A stretch of 64,000 bases of DNA from a bacterium. Lineage in GTDB: Bacteria; UBA8248. Where the stretch lies: assembly GCA_965213625.1 (NCBI GenBank), contig CBDBZU010000004.1, positions 2,240,001 to 2,304,000 of the forward strand, given 5' to 3'. Positions 51,837-60,875 of the stretch are shown piece after piece. A program made the position numbers and the translations under genes. Position 1 is the stretch's first letter. Each line of letters starts with the position of its first letter. The notes under the pieces are model-generated. The model saw only the letters and a program-made list of their open reading frames with translations. It ran no database searches and was not told the DNA's origin.

Positions 51837-51872
51837 AAACCCCCGGGGGCGCGAGGCCCCGGGGGTTTCTTG
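51837..51872 (+). terminator. Rho-independent terminator
   Basis: AAACCCCCGGGG..CCCCGGGGGTTTCTT. Confidence 0.75.
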
Positions 51873-51903
51873 TTGCCGGAGCCGGGTGATCACGCCCTGG
51901 AGC

Positions 51904-52046
51904 GGGTTGTTGAAAACGCCTTCCTCGGTCGGGGTCGCGGTATTGGCAGCAGGGAGGACAGGTCGTGACCTGTCCCTACGGGGTCGCCTCCCGCCGTCAT
52001 TCCGGCAGTGCCCGATTCCGAGTGAGGAGAGGTGTTTCAACAACCC
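51904..52046. mobile_element. MITE-like element, copy C, carrying a REP-like palindrome
   Basis: Perfect 12-bp TIR GGGTTGTTGAAA/TTTCAACAACCC; internal GGACAGGTCGTGACCTGTCCCTAC. Confidence 0.7.
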
Positions 52047-52060
52047 CATGTAGAGGGTTT

Positions 52061-52187
52061 GTAGGGAGAGGCCCCCGTGCCTGTCCGAGGCTCCCGGACC
52101 TGTTCTTGCAATGCGCAACCACGGAGATGGAAATATCCAATACGGGCGTCCATAGAGGTTCAGGGCGGCCACGGGGGCTACCCCTAC
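52061..52187. repeat. REPIN-like inverted pair of GTAG REPs
   Basis: GTAGGGAGAGGCCCCCGTGCCTGTCC ... GGGCGGCCACGGGGGCTACCCCTAC. Confidence 0.7.
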
Positions 52188-52285
52188 GGAGTCCCCCTCT
52201 GCCTTTTGAAACCAGTCCCCCTCAGGGGGCTATTTCCTGCATCTGTAGGTAGACGGCGCGTGCAGGACTCATCCTTCCGAGACAT

Positions 52286-52319
52286 AAAAAAACCGGGCGC
52301 GACTCTCGCCGCGCCCGGC
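52286..52319 (-). terminator. Rho-independent terminator of the ABC permease operon
   Basis: A7 then CCGGGCGCG..CGCGCCCGG stem. Confidence 0.75.
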
Positions 52320-52347
52320 TGTTAAACGTTTGTCGTTATTGGCTTGA

Positions 52348-53274
52348 TTACACCTTCTTGTCCTGCGCGCCCATCGCTTCCATCATGCCCCAGCGGATGA
52401 CGGTGCGGCTCTCGATGGGCTGGAAGAGCACCTTCTCCAGCACGAAGCCGAACAAGCCGAGGACGGAAAGTGCGACCATCATGAATGCGATGTCGAGGTA
52501 TTCCTGCGCGTCGAAAATGCCGGCGGAAAGCCCCCAGCGGATTCCCGCAAACGCCTCCGCCCCCACGCCCGCGCGCCAGGCGCGCGCCAGCCCGATGCGA
52601 AGACCGCTCAGAATCATGGGTAGCGAGCCGGGCAGGACGACGGTTCGGAAAATCCTCATCTTGTCCGCGTTCATCGATTGGGCCGCGCGTATCCACACCG
52701 GGTTCACGGTTTTCACGCCCGTCCAGACCGCCATGGCGATGGGCAGGAACGAAGCGAAGGCCGTGATGACGATGACCGTCTGATCCCCGATGCCCGACCA
52801 GATGACGACGATAGGCGTCCAAGCGATGGCCGGAATCGGCAGCAATACGGAGAGAAGCGGCACGAAGAACGATTCCCAGAAAGCGAAGCGTCCCATCAAG
52901 ATTCCCACGATGGTGCCCACGATGGCGGCGATGAAGAACGAGAACGGAAGGCGCCACGCGGTGTTGAGCGTATGGAGCAGAATCGGGCTCTCAAAAAGTT
53001 TCCAGACCTGATCCATGATTCCCAGGTTCGGGTTCTCGGCCAATGCCCGGAACAAGGGGTCCGTCACCAGTTCCCATGCCCTGAAGACAATCGCGTCCAC
53101 GGTCGGGAAGAGCCTGCCCTGATTCCCCTGGGCCTGCATGGCGGCGACCTGCCAGATGGCCAGAATGACGATAAAGGGGTAAATCGGCCTCAGCTTCACC
53201 CAAAACGGCGATCTTATTTCTTTTTTCTTCTCGTCCAACGATGGAGGAACAGGCGTTGCCTCGGATGTCTGCAT
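52348..53274 (-). CDS. ABC transporter permease (TauC/SsuC-like)
   Basis: PIPAIAWTP, EAA-like loop (RAAQSMNA), LP..LSGLRIG. Confidence 0.9.
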   Translation of the reverse strand: MQTSEATPVPPSLDEKKKEIRSPFWVKLRPIYPFIVILAIWQVAAMQAQGNQGRLFPTVDAIVFRAWELVTDPLFRALAENPNLGIMDQVWKLFESPILLHTLNTAWRLPFSFFIAAIVGTIVGILMGRFAFWESFFVPLLSVLLPIPAIAWTPIVVIWSGIGDQTVIVITAFASFLPIAMAVWTGVKTVNPVWIRAAQSMNADKMRIFRTVVLPGSLPMILSGLRIGLARAWRAGVGAEAFAGIRWGLSAGIFDAQEYLDIAFMMVALSVLGLFGFVLEKVLFQPIESRTVIRWGMMEAMGAQDKKV

Positions 53275-53287
53275 GGATAATTCCTCT

Positions 53288-54034
53288 CTAAAAATCGCGA
53301 ATCAAATCGTTCACGTGTTTTTGCAGTTTGATGAACTCGGGCGCGAGATCGTCGCGGGGCCTGGGTAGATCGACTCTCACGATCTCGCGGATTCTCCCCG
53401 GATTCGGTACAAACACGACGATCCGGTTCCCGAGGTAGACGGCTTCGCTCAGGTTGTGCGTGACATAGAGAATCGTCTTTTTCGTCTTCTGCCATACGTC
53501 GACGGTCAACTCCTGCAGCTCTTCGCGCGTCTGGGCGTCGAGCGCGCCGAAGGGCTCGTCCATCAGGAGAATTTGCGGGTCGAACGCCATGGCTCTCGCC
53601 ACCGCCACGCGCTGACGCATGCCGCCCGAGAGATTGTGGGGAAAGAAGTCCGCAAATTCCTCGAGGCGAACGAGGCGAAGGAACTCGAACGCGAGTTCTC
53701 TGCGCTCCTTCTCGGGCATGTTTCTGATCTCGAGGCCGTATTCCACGTTCTGTCTGGCCGTGCGCCACGGGAATAGGGCGTATTCCTGAAAAACGACGCC
53801 CTTGTCGTAGTCCTGGGTGAGCGTTTTTCCGTCCATGGTGATTGTGCCCGCGGTAATCTCGACGAAGCCGGCGAGCATGTTGAGCAGCGTCGTCTTTCCG
53901 CAGCCCGAAAGCCCCACGAGGCAGATGAATTCGCCGTCCTCGATATTGAGGTTCACGCCCTCGAGAGCGTGCACACGTCTTTCAGGCGTGTCATAGACTT
54001 TTCTCAAGTTTTGAATCGATATTTTGGTGACCAT
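53288..54034 (-). CDS. ABC transporter ATP-binding protein (TauB/SsuB-like)
   Basis: GLSGCGKT, FQEYALFPW, LSGGMRQR, LMDEPFGALD. Confidence 0.94.
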   Translation of the reverse strand: MVTKISIQNLRKVYDTPERRVHALEGVNLNIEDGEFICLVGLSGCGKTTLLNMLAGFVEITAGTITMDGKTLTQDYDKGVVFQEYALFPWRTARQNVEYGLEIRNMPEKERRELAFEFLRLVRLEEFADFFPHNLSGGMRQRVAVARAMAFDPQILLMDEPFGALDAQTREELQELTVDVWQKTKKTILYVTHNLSEAVYLGNRIVVFVPNPGRIREIVRVDLPRPRDDLAPEFIKLQKHVNDLIRDF

Positions 54035-54328
54035 AAATAATAGTATTCCCAAAATGATGAAAGACTTAGCCTTTCAGGTGAATTGAAAATTGAAATCGAA
54101 ACGAAGCAGGGTGATTCTAGCAAATACGTGACGAGAGAGAAACCGCAATTATACTTTCAAGATGTTTTGTAATAATCTCTTGTGCGCTCATCTGTGTTGA
54201 TGAGTGGCTCTCAGCCGAAAAACATTGATATTACTTGAGATTTGGGTGAATCCCAAGTCATGTGAGCACTAGTATGCTCCGCATGCCGAGGTGGACCTCG
54301 GGGGCGGGAATACTGGAAAGGGTTTTTG

Positions 54329-55552
54329 ATGGATGGTCGACTTCCGCTGGAGGGGTTAAGGATACTGGCGGTGGAGCAATTCGGCGCGGGGCCGCTGGCC
54401 TCGCAACTGTTGGCGGATATGGGGGCCGAGGTCTTGAAAATCGAGGACCACGCCGTGGGCGGCGATTCCGCGCGGCCCGTCCCCCCGTACGCCCTGCCGG
54501 ATAACGACAGCTATTATTTTCAATCCTTCAACCGCAACAAGAAGAGCGTCGCGCTCAGGATTCGCACGCCCGAGGGCAAGGCGATATTGCGCAGACTCGT
54601 GCCGAAAGCGGATGCGCTCTATGCGAATTGCCGGGGCGATGCGCCCGAAAAACTCGAATTAACATATAAGCACTTAAGCCCCTACAACGAGAAGATCGTG
54701 TGCTGTTTCCTCTCGGGCTACGGGATGACCGGCCCCAGAGCGCCCGAACCGGCCTATGACTACCTCATGCAGGCCTACGCGGGCATCATGGACCTGACGG
54801 GAGAGCCCGACGGCCCCCCCACCAAGGCGGGCGTGAGTTTTGTGGATTTCTCGGGCGGATTCATATCGCTCGTGGGCCTGCTGGCCGCGCTGTGGGAGGC
54901 GAGCCGCACCGGAAAGGGAAGGGACGTCGACGTGGCGCTCATGGACGGCGCTTTGGTGCAGCTTGCGTACATGGCCACCTGGGCGCTCAATTGCGGCTAC
55001 GTGCCGCAAAAATTCTCCCGAAGCGCGCACCCCTCGATGGTGCCCGCGCAGAATTTCGAGACCAAAAACGGCTGGATAAGCGTGCTTTGCCTGAAACAGA
55101 GTTTCTTCCCCATTCTTGTCGAGCGTATGGGGTTGCCGACGCTGGCCGAGGACCCGCGCTTCAAGCTGGCGCAGGATCGATTCGAGAACCGGGAAGTTCT
55201 GTTGGATATTCTCGAAAGGGCGTTTCAGGAAAAGACGAACGCGGAGTGGACCGACCTGCTTCAGGGCCACGTGCCCTTCGCGCCGGTGAACACCGTGGCG
55301 CAGGCGATGGAAGACCCCCAGATTCTGGCGCGGGACATGATAGTCGAGATGGAACACCCCGCGGCGGGGACCATGAAGGTACTGGGGCCTCCCATTAGAC
55401 TGCCAGGCGCGGATATGAAGTACAAGCGGGCGCCCTATCTGGGCGAGCACACGAGAGAGGTTCTGGGTGACCTGCTCGGTATGGAGGATGCCGAACTCGA
55501 GGATTTGAGAGAGAAGAATATCGTGTCCTGGAGCGCCCCGAGCGAGGGGTAG
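54329..55552 (+). CDS. Class III CoA-transferase (CaiB/BaiF family)
   Basis: PLEGLRI, AGP...LADMGAEV.KIE, NRNKKS, catalytic Asp in FVDFSGG, APYLGEHT. Confidence 0.93.
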   Translation: MDGRLPLEGLRILAVEQFGAGPLASQLLADMGAEVLKIEDHAVGGDSARPVPPYALPDNDSYYFQSFNRNKKSVALRIRTPEGKAILRRLVPKADALYANCRGDAPEKLELTYKHLSPYNEKIVCCFLSGYGMTGPRAPEPAYDYLMQAYAGIMDLTGEPDGPPTKAGVSFVDFSGGFISLVGLLAALWEASRTGKGRDVDVALMDGALVQLAYMATWALNCGYVPQKFSRSAHPSMVPAQNFETKNGWISVLCLKQSFFPILVERMGLPTLAEDPRFKLAQDRFENREVLLDILERAFQEKTNAEWTDLLQGHVPFAPVNTVAQAMEDPQILARDMIVEMEHPAAGTMKVLGPPIRLPGADMKYKRAPYLGEHTREVLGDLLGMEDAELEDLREKNIVSWSAPSEG

Positions 55553-55609
55553 CGCGCAGGACTGAACGAGAATATTCCGGGTTTCATACACATTTTTGGA
55601 GGAGAGCTC

Positions 55610-56038
55610 ATGACGGATTTGCCCGTACCGCAAGTCGTAAATTCCCTGGACGTAGACGAGGACAAGGCCTATGAGCCGCCTTATGACATTCGCTGGGGCG
55701 TGAACCAGGAGACGACGGGGACGGATACCATCACGATGGGGAGAACCATTATCCCGCCCAGAGGGCGCAATGCGCTGCACTACCACAAGAACTGCGACAC
55801 CACGATTTACGTGGTGAAAGGCCCCATCAACATCTACTGGAAAGATGGGGAAGAGATTGAAAGAAAAGAAATACCCGTCGGCCATTTCGTCTATTTCCCC
55901 TGCGGTTGCATTCACGGGCAGGAAAACCCGAGCACGGACGGACCGGCGGAGTTGATTTTCACCTACGGCGGAATGCCCAATAAGGAAGCGGCGGGCACGA
56001 CGTTCGTGGACGATCCCAGAGACCCGCTGAGAGACTAG
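55610..56038 (+). CDS. Cupin domain protein
   Basis: HYH motif 1, G.FVYFP...H motif 2; GGAGGA RBS. Confidence 0.85.
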   Translation: MTDLPVPQVVNSLDVDEDKAYEPPYDIRWGVNQETTGTDTITMGRTIIPPRGRNALHYHKNCDTTIYVVKGPINIYWKDGEEIERKEIPVGHFVYFPCGCIHGQENPSTDGPAELIFTYGGMPNKEAAGTTFVDDPRDPLRD

Positions 56039-56094
56039 CTTTTCGCTTTTCGAGGGTGCGCACCATCCACCCGTCATTGCCCGAGAATGAGGAG

Positions 56095-56991
56095 ATGAGC
56101 ACGCGAATGTTTTCCCCACGAATCCTTGTTTGTCTGCTCCTCATCTGTTTCCTGGGCGTTACCCTCTCGTTTGCAGAAGCGCAGCAGGTCCGCAAGAAAA
56201 TATCCGGTTTCGACGGTGCCACTTTGGTGCACGTGCCCCCGGGCTGGTTCGTGATGGGCAGCAAATCCGGCGACAAGGACGAGCGTCCGCCCCGTAAAAT
56301 CTTTGTGCCGGGTTTCTGGATCGACGAGACCGAGGCGACGGCGGAGCGCTTTGCGCGCTTCGTCTCACAAACGGGCTACAAGACGACGGCCGAGAAGCGG
56401 AAATGGTCCTGGACGTGGGACGCTTCTCTCAGGAAGGGGAAGGGCGGCTGGCGAAAGACGAAGGACGCGAATTGGCGTCGGCCTGAAGGCCCGAAATCAA
56501 ACTGGAAAAGCGTTCCGAAACAGCCGGTCTCCCACGTGAGCTGGCCCGATGCCGAGGCTTATTGTCAGTGGGCCGGAAGGCGTCTTCCCACCGAGGCGGA
56601 ATGGGAGCGAGCGGCGCGCGGCGGGGACGGAAGACGCTACCCCTGGGGGAAGGCGCGCGACGCGATGAGAGGCAACCTCAAAGGTGGGAAGGACGGGTTC
56701 CCCGGCGTCGCCCCCGTGGGCCGTTTCCCGAAAGGCGCGAGCCCGTTCGGCGCGCTTGACATGTCGGGCAACGTCTGGGAGTGGGTGGCCGACCGCTATG
56801 GTTCGAGAGCCTATCAGAAAATGGCCGAACGCGACCCGCACGGGCCTGCAAAGGGAAAAACGAGAGTCGTACGCGGCGCGTCCTGGGGCAGTCCGGTCGC
56901 CTGGGCTACGGCGCACAACCGCTACCACCGCACTCCCGATTATACGAACAACAAGATCGGCTTTCGCTGCGCCACGGGCGAGGGTGGTTGA
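56095..56991 (+). CDS. Secreted FGE-sulfatase (SUMF1-like) domain protein
   Basis: Signal peptide, [30 protein letters not shown]. Confidence 0.9.
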   Translation: MSTRMFSPRILVCLLLICFLGVTLSFAEAQQVRKKISGFDGATLVHVPPGWFVMGSKSGDKDERPPRKIFVPGFWIDETEATAERFARFVSQTGYKTTAEKRKWSWTWDASLRKGKGGWRKTKDANWRRPEGPKSNWKSVPKQPVSHVSWPDAEAYCQWAGRRLPTEAEWERAARGGDGRRYPWGKARDAMRGNLKGGKDGFPGVAPVGRFPKGASPFGALDMSGNVWEWVADRYGSRAYQKMAERDPHGPAKGKTRVVRGASWGSPVAWATAHNRYHRTPDYTNNKIGFRCATGEGG

Positions 56992-57118
56992 TAGGGCCGA
57001 ATTAAATGACACGCTGAGCCCAAGAGACGAGCGAACGCTGACTACGCTCAGCGGAGGACTCTCAATTCGTCAGGATTTTATAAGGTAAATCAAGCGAAGT
57101 TCAGGTCCGTTTCTCCGT

Positions 57119-57367
57119 TCACTTCGACGTTCTTTCAATCAGAGCTTCCAGCGCCCTCATGCTTTCGCGGTGGCGGGTGTCCAGAGCGGCCATGGTTTCT
57201 TCATGTTGCTTGTCTCTGGCTGCGGAAGCGCGGTTCATCTGTTTCAGCCCATATAGAATGAGAAAACATTGAACGCTGCCCACGACTAGTGAAATCAAGG
57301 CGTGAATAGCCGAAATCCAGAGGCCAATACGTGATAGTTCGAGCGTCGCTAATTCAAACGGCGTCAT
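57119..57367 (-). CDS. Small hypothetical membrane protein
   Basis: AGGAG RBS, one TM helix, helical tail. Confidence 0.65.
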   Translation of the reverse strand: MTPFELATLELSRIGLWISAIHALISLVVGSVQCFLILYGLKQMNRASAARDKQHEETMAALDTRHRESMRALEALIERTSK

Positions 57368-57558
57368 CTTTTCCTCTCCTTGGTTTCAATCAGGAGTGGA
57401 GTCACCTCTCGAATATGATACAGGGGAGCGGGAAAAGCAACTTTCGGCATCTATCAAGTCATGCCGTTCATTCGGGATATGTAGTGGTCTTCATCAACGT
57501 AAGTCGTGAATGAGCCTGTCCGATTCGACGACTGGCTTTCCGTTTTCGAAGCGAGAAC

Positions 57559-58530
57559 TTAGTTCGTCGGCGCGGGCGGCACGACGAGCACGCCGTGCGC
57601 CCCGTTGCCCACGCGGATTTTCCCGATGATGCGGTGTTCTCTGGCGTCTATCACGAACAATTCTTTGGAATCGCGGTTCGTCACGTAGGCAAGCGCGCCG
57701 TCGGGCGTGAAGGCGATGAGGTCGGGCCGGATACCCTGCTTCACGCTGGCGACGCGCTTTTGCGCGGGCAGGGAGAAGACGGATACGCGGTTTTTGTGCG
57801 GGAGGGTGACGTAGAGGAATTTTCCGTCCGGCGTGATGAGGGCGTCGTGCGGCTCACCGGATAGCTTGACGGTCCGGATGATGTCGAGCGTGTCAAGATC
57901 CACCACGCTGTAGGAGTTGCGCTCCCCGTTCATGACGTATAGATGCTTGCCGTCGCGCGTGACGTCGATGCCCTCGATGTAGTGGCCCGCCTCAATTTGT
58001 TTGATCGGTTTTCTCGTCTCGAGATCGACGACGGAGACGTCCTCGCTCAACTCGTTCGCCACGAAGGCCCGGCGGCCGTCGGGGCTCAGCTTGATGTTCA
58101 CCGGGTTGTTGCCCCCGTGCTTGATCAAGCCGATGATCTTCCGGGCCGCGACGTCCAGGATCGTCACGTTGTCCGAATAGGTGTTCACGAAATAGGCGCG
58201 CGCGCCGTCTGGGGAGAACACGAGGTTGTAGGGGTCGCGGCCTGCGCGCACGCGGCGGACGAACTTGAGGGTATGCGTGTCGAAAATGCGCACGAATGCG
58301 CTGCCGTCGTTGATGACGTAGGCGTGGCGTCCATCGGGTGCGAGCGAGAGTCGGTTCGCCTTCCTGCCCGCGGGGATGGTCTTGATGACCTCGTGCGTAT
58401 CGCGCGAGATGACGCTCAGCGTGCCGTCGCGCGTGTTCGTGACGAGAATCCGCTCTCCCGAAGCGAGCGCAAGCGCGGGAGCCGAGAGTAAAAGAGCGAA
58501 AATGACGAGTGAGAGAGTGAAGTAGCGCAT
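57559..58530 (-). CDS. Secreted YVTN-type beta-propeller protein
   Basis: Signal peptide MRYFTLSL..ALA; about 7 repeats of (S/T)PDG..(A/L)YV.N. Confidence 0.88.
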   Translation of the reverse strand: MRYFTLSLVIFALLLSAPALALASGERILVTNTRDGTLSVISRDTHEVIKTIPAGRKANRLSLAPDGRHAYVINDGSAFVRIFDTHTLKFVRRVRAGRDPYNLVFSPDGARAYFVNTYSDNVTILDVAARKIIGLIKHGGNNPVNIKLSPDGRRAFVANELSEDVSVVDLETRKPIKQIEAGHYIEGIDVTRDGKHLYVMNGERNSYSVVDLDTLDIIRTVKLSGEPHDALITPDGKFLYVTLPHKNRVSVFSLPAQKRVASVKQGIRPDLIAFTPDGALAYVTNRDSKELFVIDAREHRIIGKIRVGNGAHGVLVVPPAPTN

Positions 58531-58541
58531 TTTGGAAGAAC

Positions 58542-58979
58542 CTACCGGCCTTGTTGCTTCAAAAACGCCTCTTTCGCCTTGGGGTCGAAACGGCAATTGC
58601 ACAACTTGCGTATCAGGGCCACCAAATCATGAATCTCCTGATTTGTAAACACGTTGCCCCACGGCGGCATGATGGGGGAGAGGTCGCTCGCCCCGCCTCC
58701 GTGGGTGATGGTGCGCACCATGTCCTCGTCCGAGAACTGCGCCATGTCCTTGCCGTCGGTGAGATTTCGGGGACTCACGGGCAGCTTCTTGGTGTTGTTC
58801 ACTCCCTTTCCGTCTCCCTTGGGGCCGTGGCACTGGGTGCAGTACCAGCGGAAATTCTCCGCGGCGCTCACGCGGCTTGCGGGCTCCTCCGCGCCTGCAA
58901 GCAGGGGCGTGCCCACCGCGACGGCGATGATGCAAGCGGATATGAACATTCCACTGAAGAGACGTGATGAACGCTTCAT
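58542..58979 (-). CDS. Monoheme cytochrome c
   Basis: Signal peptide, CTQCH, MPPW Met ligand, C-terminal LCNC; ATGA overlap with upstream gene. Confidence 0.88.
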   Translation of the reverse strand: MKRSSRLFSGMFISACIIAVAVGTPLLAGAEEPASRVSAAENFRWYCTQCHGPKGDGKGVNNTKKLPVSPRNLTDGKDMAQFSDEDMVRTITHGGGASDLSPIMPPWGNVFTNQEIHDLVALIRKLCNCRFDPKAKEAFLKQQGR

Positions 58980-59695
58980 TTGAAGCTCGCGATGTAGGCG
59001 GCGAGCGCGATGAAATCCTTCTCGCTCAGCCGGGTGAACGGCTTGTCCCCGTATACCGGCATTCTGCCGTTTGGGTTGTAGCGCGCAGGTTTCTTCAGAA
59101 AGGCCACGATGAAATCGGGGTTCAGCCTGTGTCCCGCATCCTTGAAGTGGGGCGCGCTGTGGCCGCCCACCTCGATGGGCGTCCGGTAGACCGTCTTTCG
59201 AATCGCGACCATGTGGCAGGAATAACACGGCTGTTTTTTCTGGAACAGGATTCTCGCCCGCCTGAGCACTTTTCGGGGAACTTTCTTCCAGCGCGTGACG
59301 ACGCCCACAGGCATCTCGGGGTCCTTCAGGTTTTCCAGATAAGCTGCGACCTTGGCCGCATCCATTACTGTAAGGACGGGATGCGGATATTTGCCCCGCT
59401 TCATTGTGCCGTAGACGACGCCTCGGAAAGATTCAGGTTTCGCGAGCCATTTCGCCAGAAAACCGGGGCGGAACTTGCTGCCCGCATACCAGAGCGTGGG
59501 GCCTTTAATCGCGTGGCGCGCAGGCGGGGGTATCCTGGTTTCAGGGCCTTTGCGGGTGTGGCAGCTTCCGCAGTTGTTGCGCTCGAAAAGGGATTTCCCT
59601 TCCGCTACATCCTCGCCATGAGCAGGAACGGACATCAGCAGGAGAGATAAAACTCCCGCGAACGCGAGGGGAAAAATCTTTATCATGCGCTTCAT
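58976..59695 (-). CDS. Diheme cytochrome c
   Basis: Signal peptide, CGSCH and CYSCH, two class I domains. Confidence 0.9.
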   Translation of the reverse strand: MKRMIKIFPLAFAGVLSLLLMSVPAHGEDVAEGKSLFERNNCGSCHTRKGPETRIPPPARHAIKGPTLWYAGSKFRPGFLAKWLAKPESFRGVVYGTMKRGKYPHPVLTVMDAAKVAAYLENLKDPEMPVGVVTRWKKVPRKVLRRARILFQKKQPCYSCHMVAIRKTVYRTPIEVGGHSAPHFKDAGHRLNPDFIVAFLKKPARYNPNGRMPVYGDKPFTRLSEKDFIALAAYIASFK

Positions 59696-59761
59696 GCGGA
59701 TGGTCCTTGATCCATTTGAATCGTCTCGGGCGGTCGCGAGGTGGAGTTTGCCGAAAAAGCT

Positions 59762-60838
59762 TTATTTCGGCAACTCGGGGGCCTTGACTGCCGGGAGATC
59801 GCCCGTGAGCGCGCCCATGAAGACGATCAGGTCCGCTTTTTCGGCCTTCGTGAGCTTCAAGGGCTTCATGTCCGGGTCGAGATTGGGGTTCGGGTGGCCG
59901 CCCTCCTCGTAGAAATCGACGACTTCCTCCAGCGTGGCGAAGCGGCCGTCGTGCATATAAGGCGCCGTCTGGGTGATGTGGCGAAGCGTGGGCGTCTTGA
60001 ACTTGCCCCTGTCCTTTATTTTCCTGGTGATCGCCTCTCGCCCGAGTTGCAGGGGCTTCTTGTCCATCCCGACGCCCAGGTTGTGGAACTTATCGTCCGT
60101 GAAGGGCGCGCTGAACTCATCCACCAGGTGGCATTTCACGCAATTGCCCTTTTTCATGAAAACCTCGAATCCCCTGATCGCCTTGGGCGAAAGCGCGGAC
60201 TCATCGCCTCCGTATTTCCAGCGGTCGAAGGGGGAATTCCCCGAGAGCAGGGTGCGCTCGAAGGTGGCGATGGCCTGCACCACGCGCTCGAGACTGACGT
60301 CTGGACTACCGAACGCCTCTTTGAACCGCGCACGGTATTCGGGGATTGCGCCGAGCGTGCGGATGATTTTTTCCTCGGTCGAGGCCATTTCGCCCGGATG
60401 GAGGATGGGCCCCTTGGCCTGTTCCTCGAGGCTCTTCGCGCGTCCGTCCCAGAACTGGGACTCGTTATAAGCGGCGTTGATGACCGTGGGGACGTTCCTG
60501 AGCGTGAGCCTGCCGTCAAAGCCCGTTCCGTACTGGCGCGCGTTCGAGTATCCGCGCCGGGGCATGTGGCATGTCGCGCAGGAGACCTTCCCGTCGCCCG
60601 AGATGCGTTTTTCAAAATACAGCATCTTGCCGAGTTCGATCTTGGGCCGCGTCATGGGGTTGTCATCGGGCACGGGCACGTCGTCGAGACCCAGGGGCGG
60701 TTCCGGGGGGAGTTCCTCCTGTTCCTGCGCGCGCTTATCCTGCGCTTGCGCCGGCGACGCAACCAGCCACACGAGCGCCGCTATCAGGAGAGGCGGCGCT
60801 GCAAGTCGCGCGAGCTGATATATGGACTTTCTCTTCAA
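59762..60838 (-). CDS. Diheme cytochrome c peroxidase / MauG family protein
   Basis: CATCH, RNVPT, QFWDGRA, CVKCH, FKTPTLR, TAPYMHDG. Confidence 0.93.
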   Translation of the reverse strand: MKRKSIYQLARLAAPPLLIAALVWLVASPAQAQDKRAQEQEELPPEPPLGLDDVPVPDDNPMTRPKIELGKMLYFEKRISGDGKVSCATCHMPRRGYSNARQYGTGFDGRLTLRNVPTVINAAYNESQFWDGRAKSLEEQAKGPILHPGEMASTEEKIIRTLGAIPEYRARFKEAFGSPDVSLERVVQAIATFERTLLSGNSPFDRWKYGGDESALSPKAIRGFEVFMKKGNCVKCHLVDEFSAPFTDDKFHNLGVGMDKKPLQLGREAITRKIKDRGKFKTPTLRHITQTAPYMHDGRFATLEEVVDFYEEGGHPNPNLDPDMKPLKLTKAEKADLIVFMGALTGDLPAVKAPELPK

Positions 60839-60875
60839 GGCGGAGCACCGTCCATGGCGGATAGGGCTTTGTGCT

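Noticed and set aside
56095-56991. DGR target (FGE/CLec fold)
   Set aside because: No reverse transcriptase and no template-repeat copy of the 3' end was seen
57559-58530. Cytochrome cd1 nitrite reductase (NirS) or NirF
   Set aside because: No CxxCH, too short, generic YVTN repeats, and no heme d1 biosynthesis genes nearby
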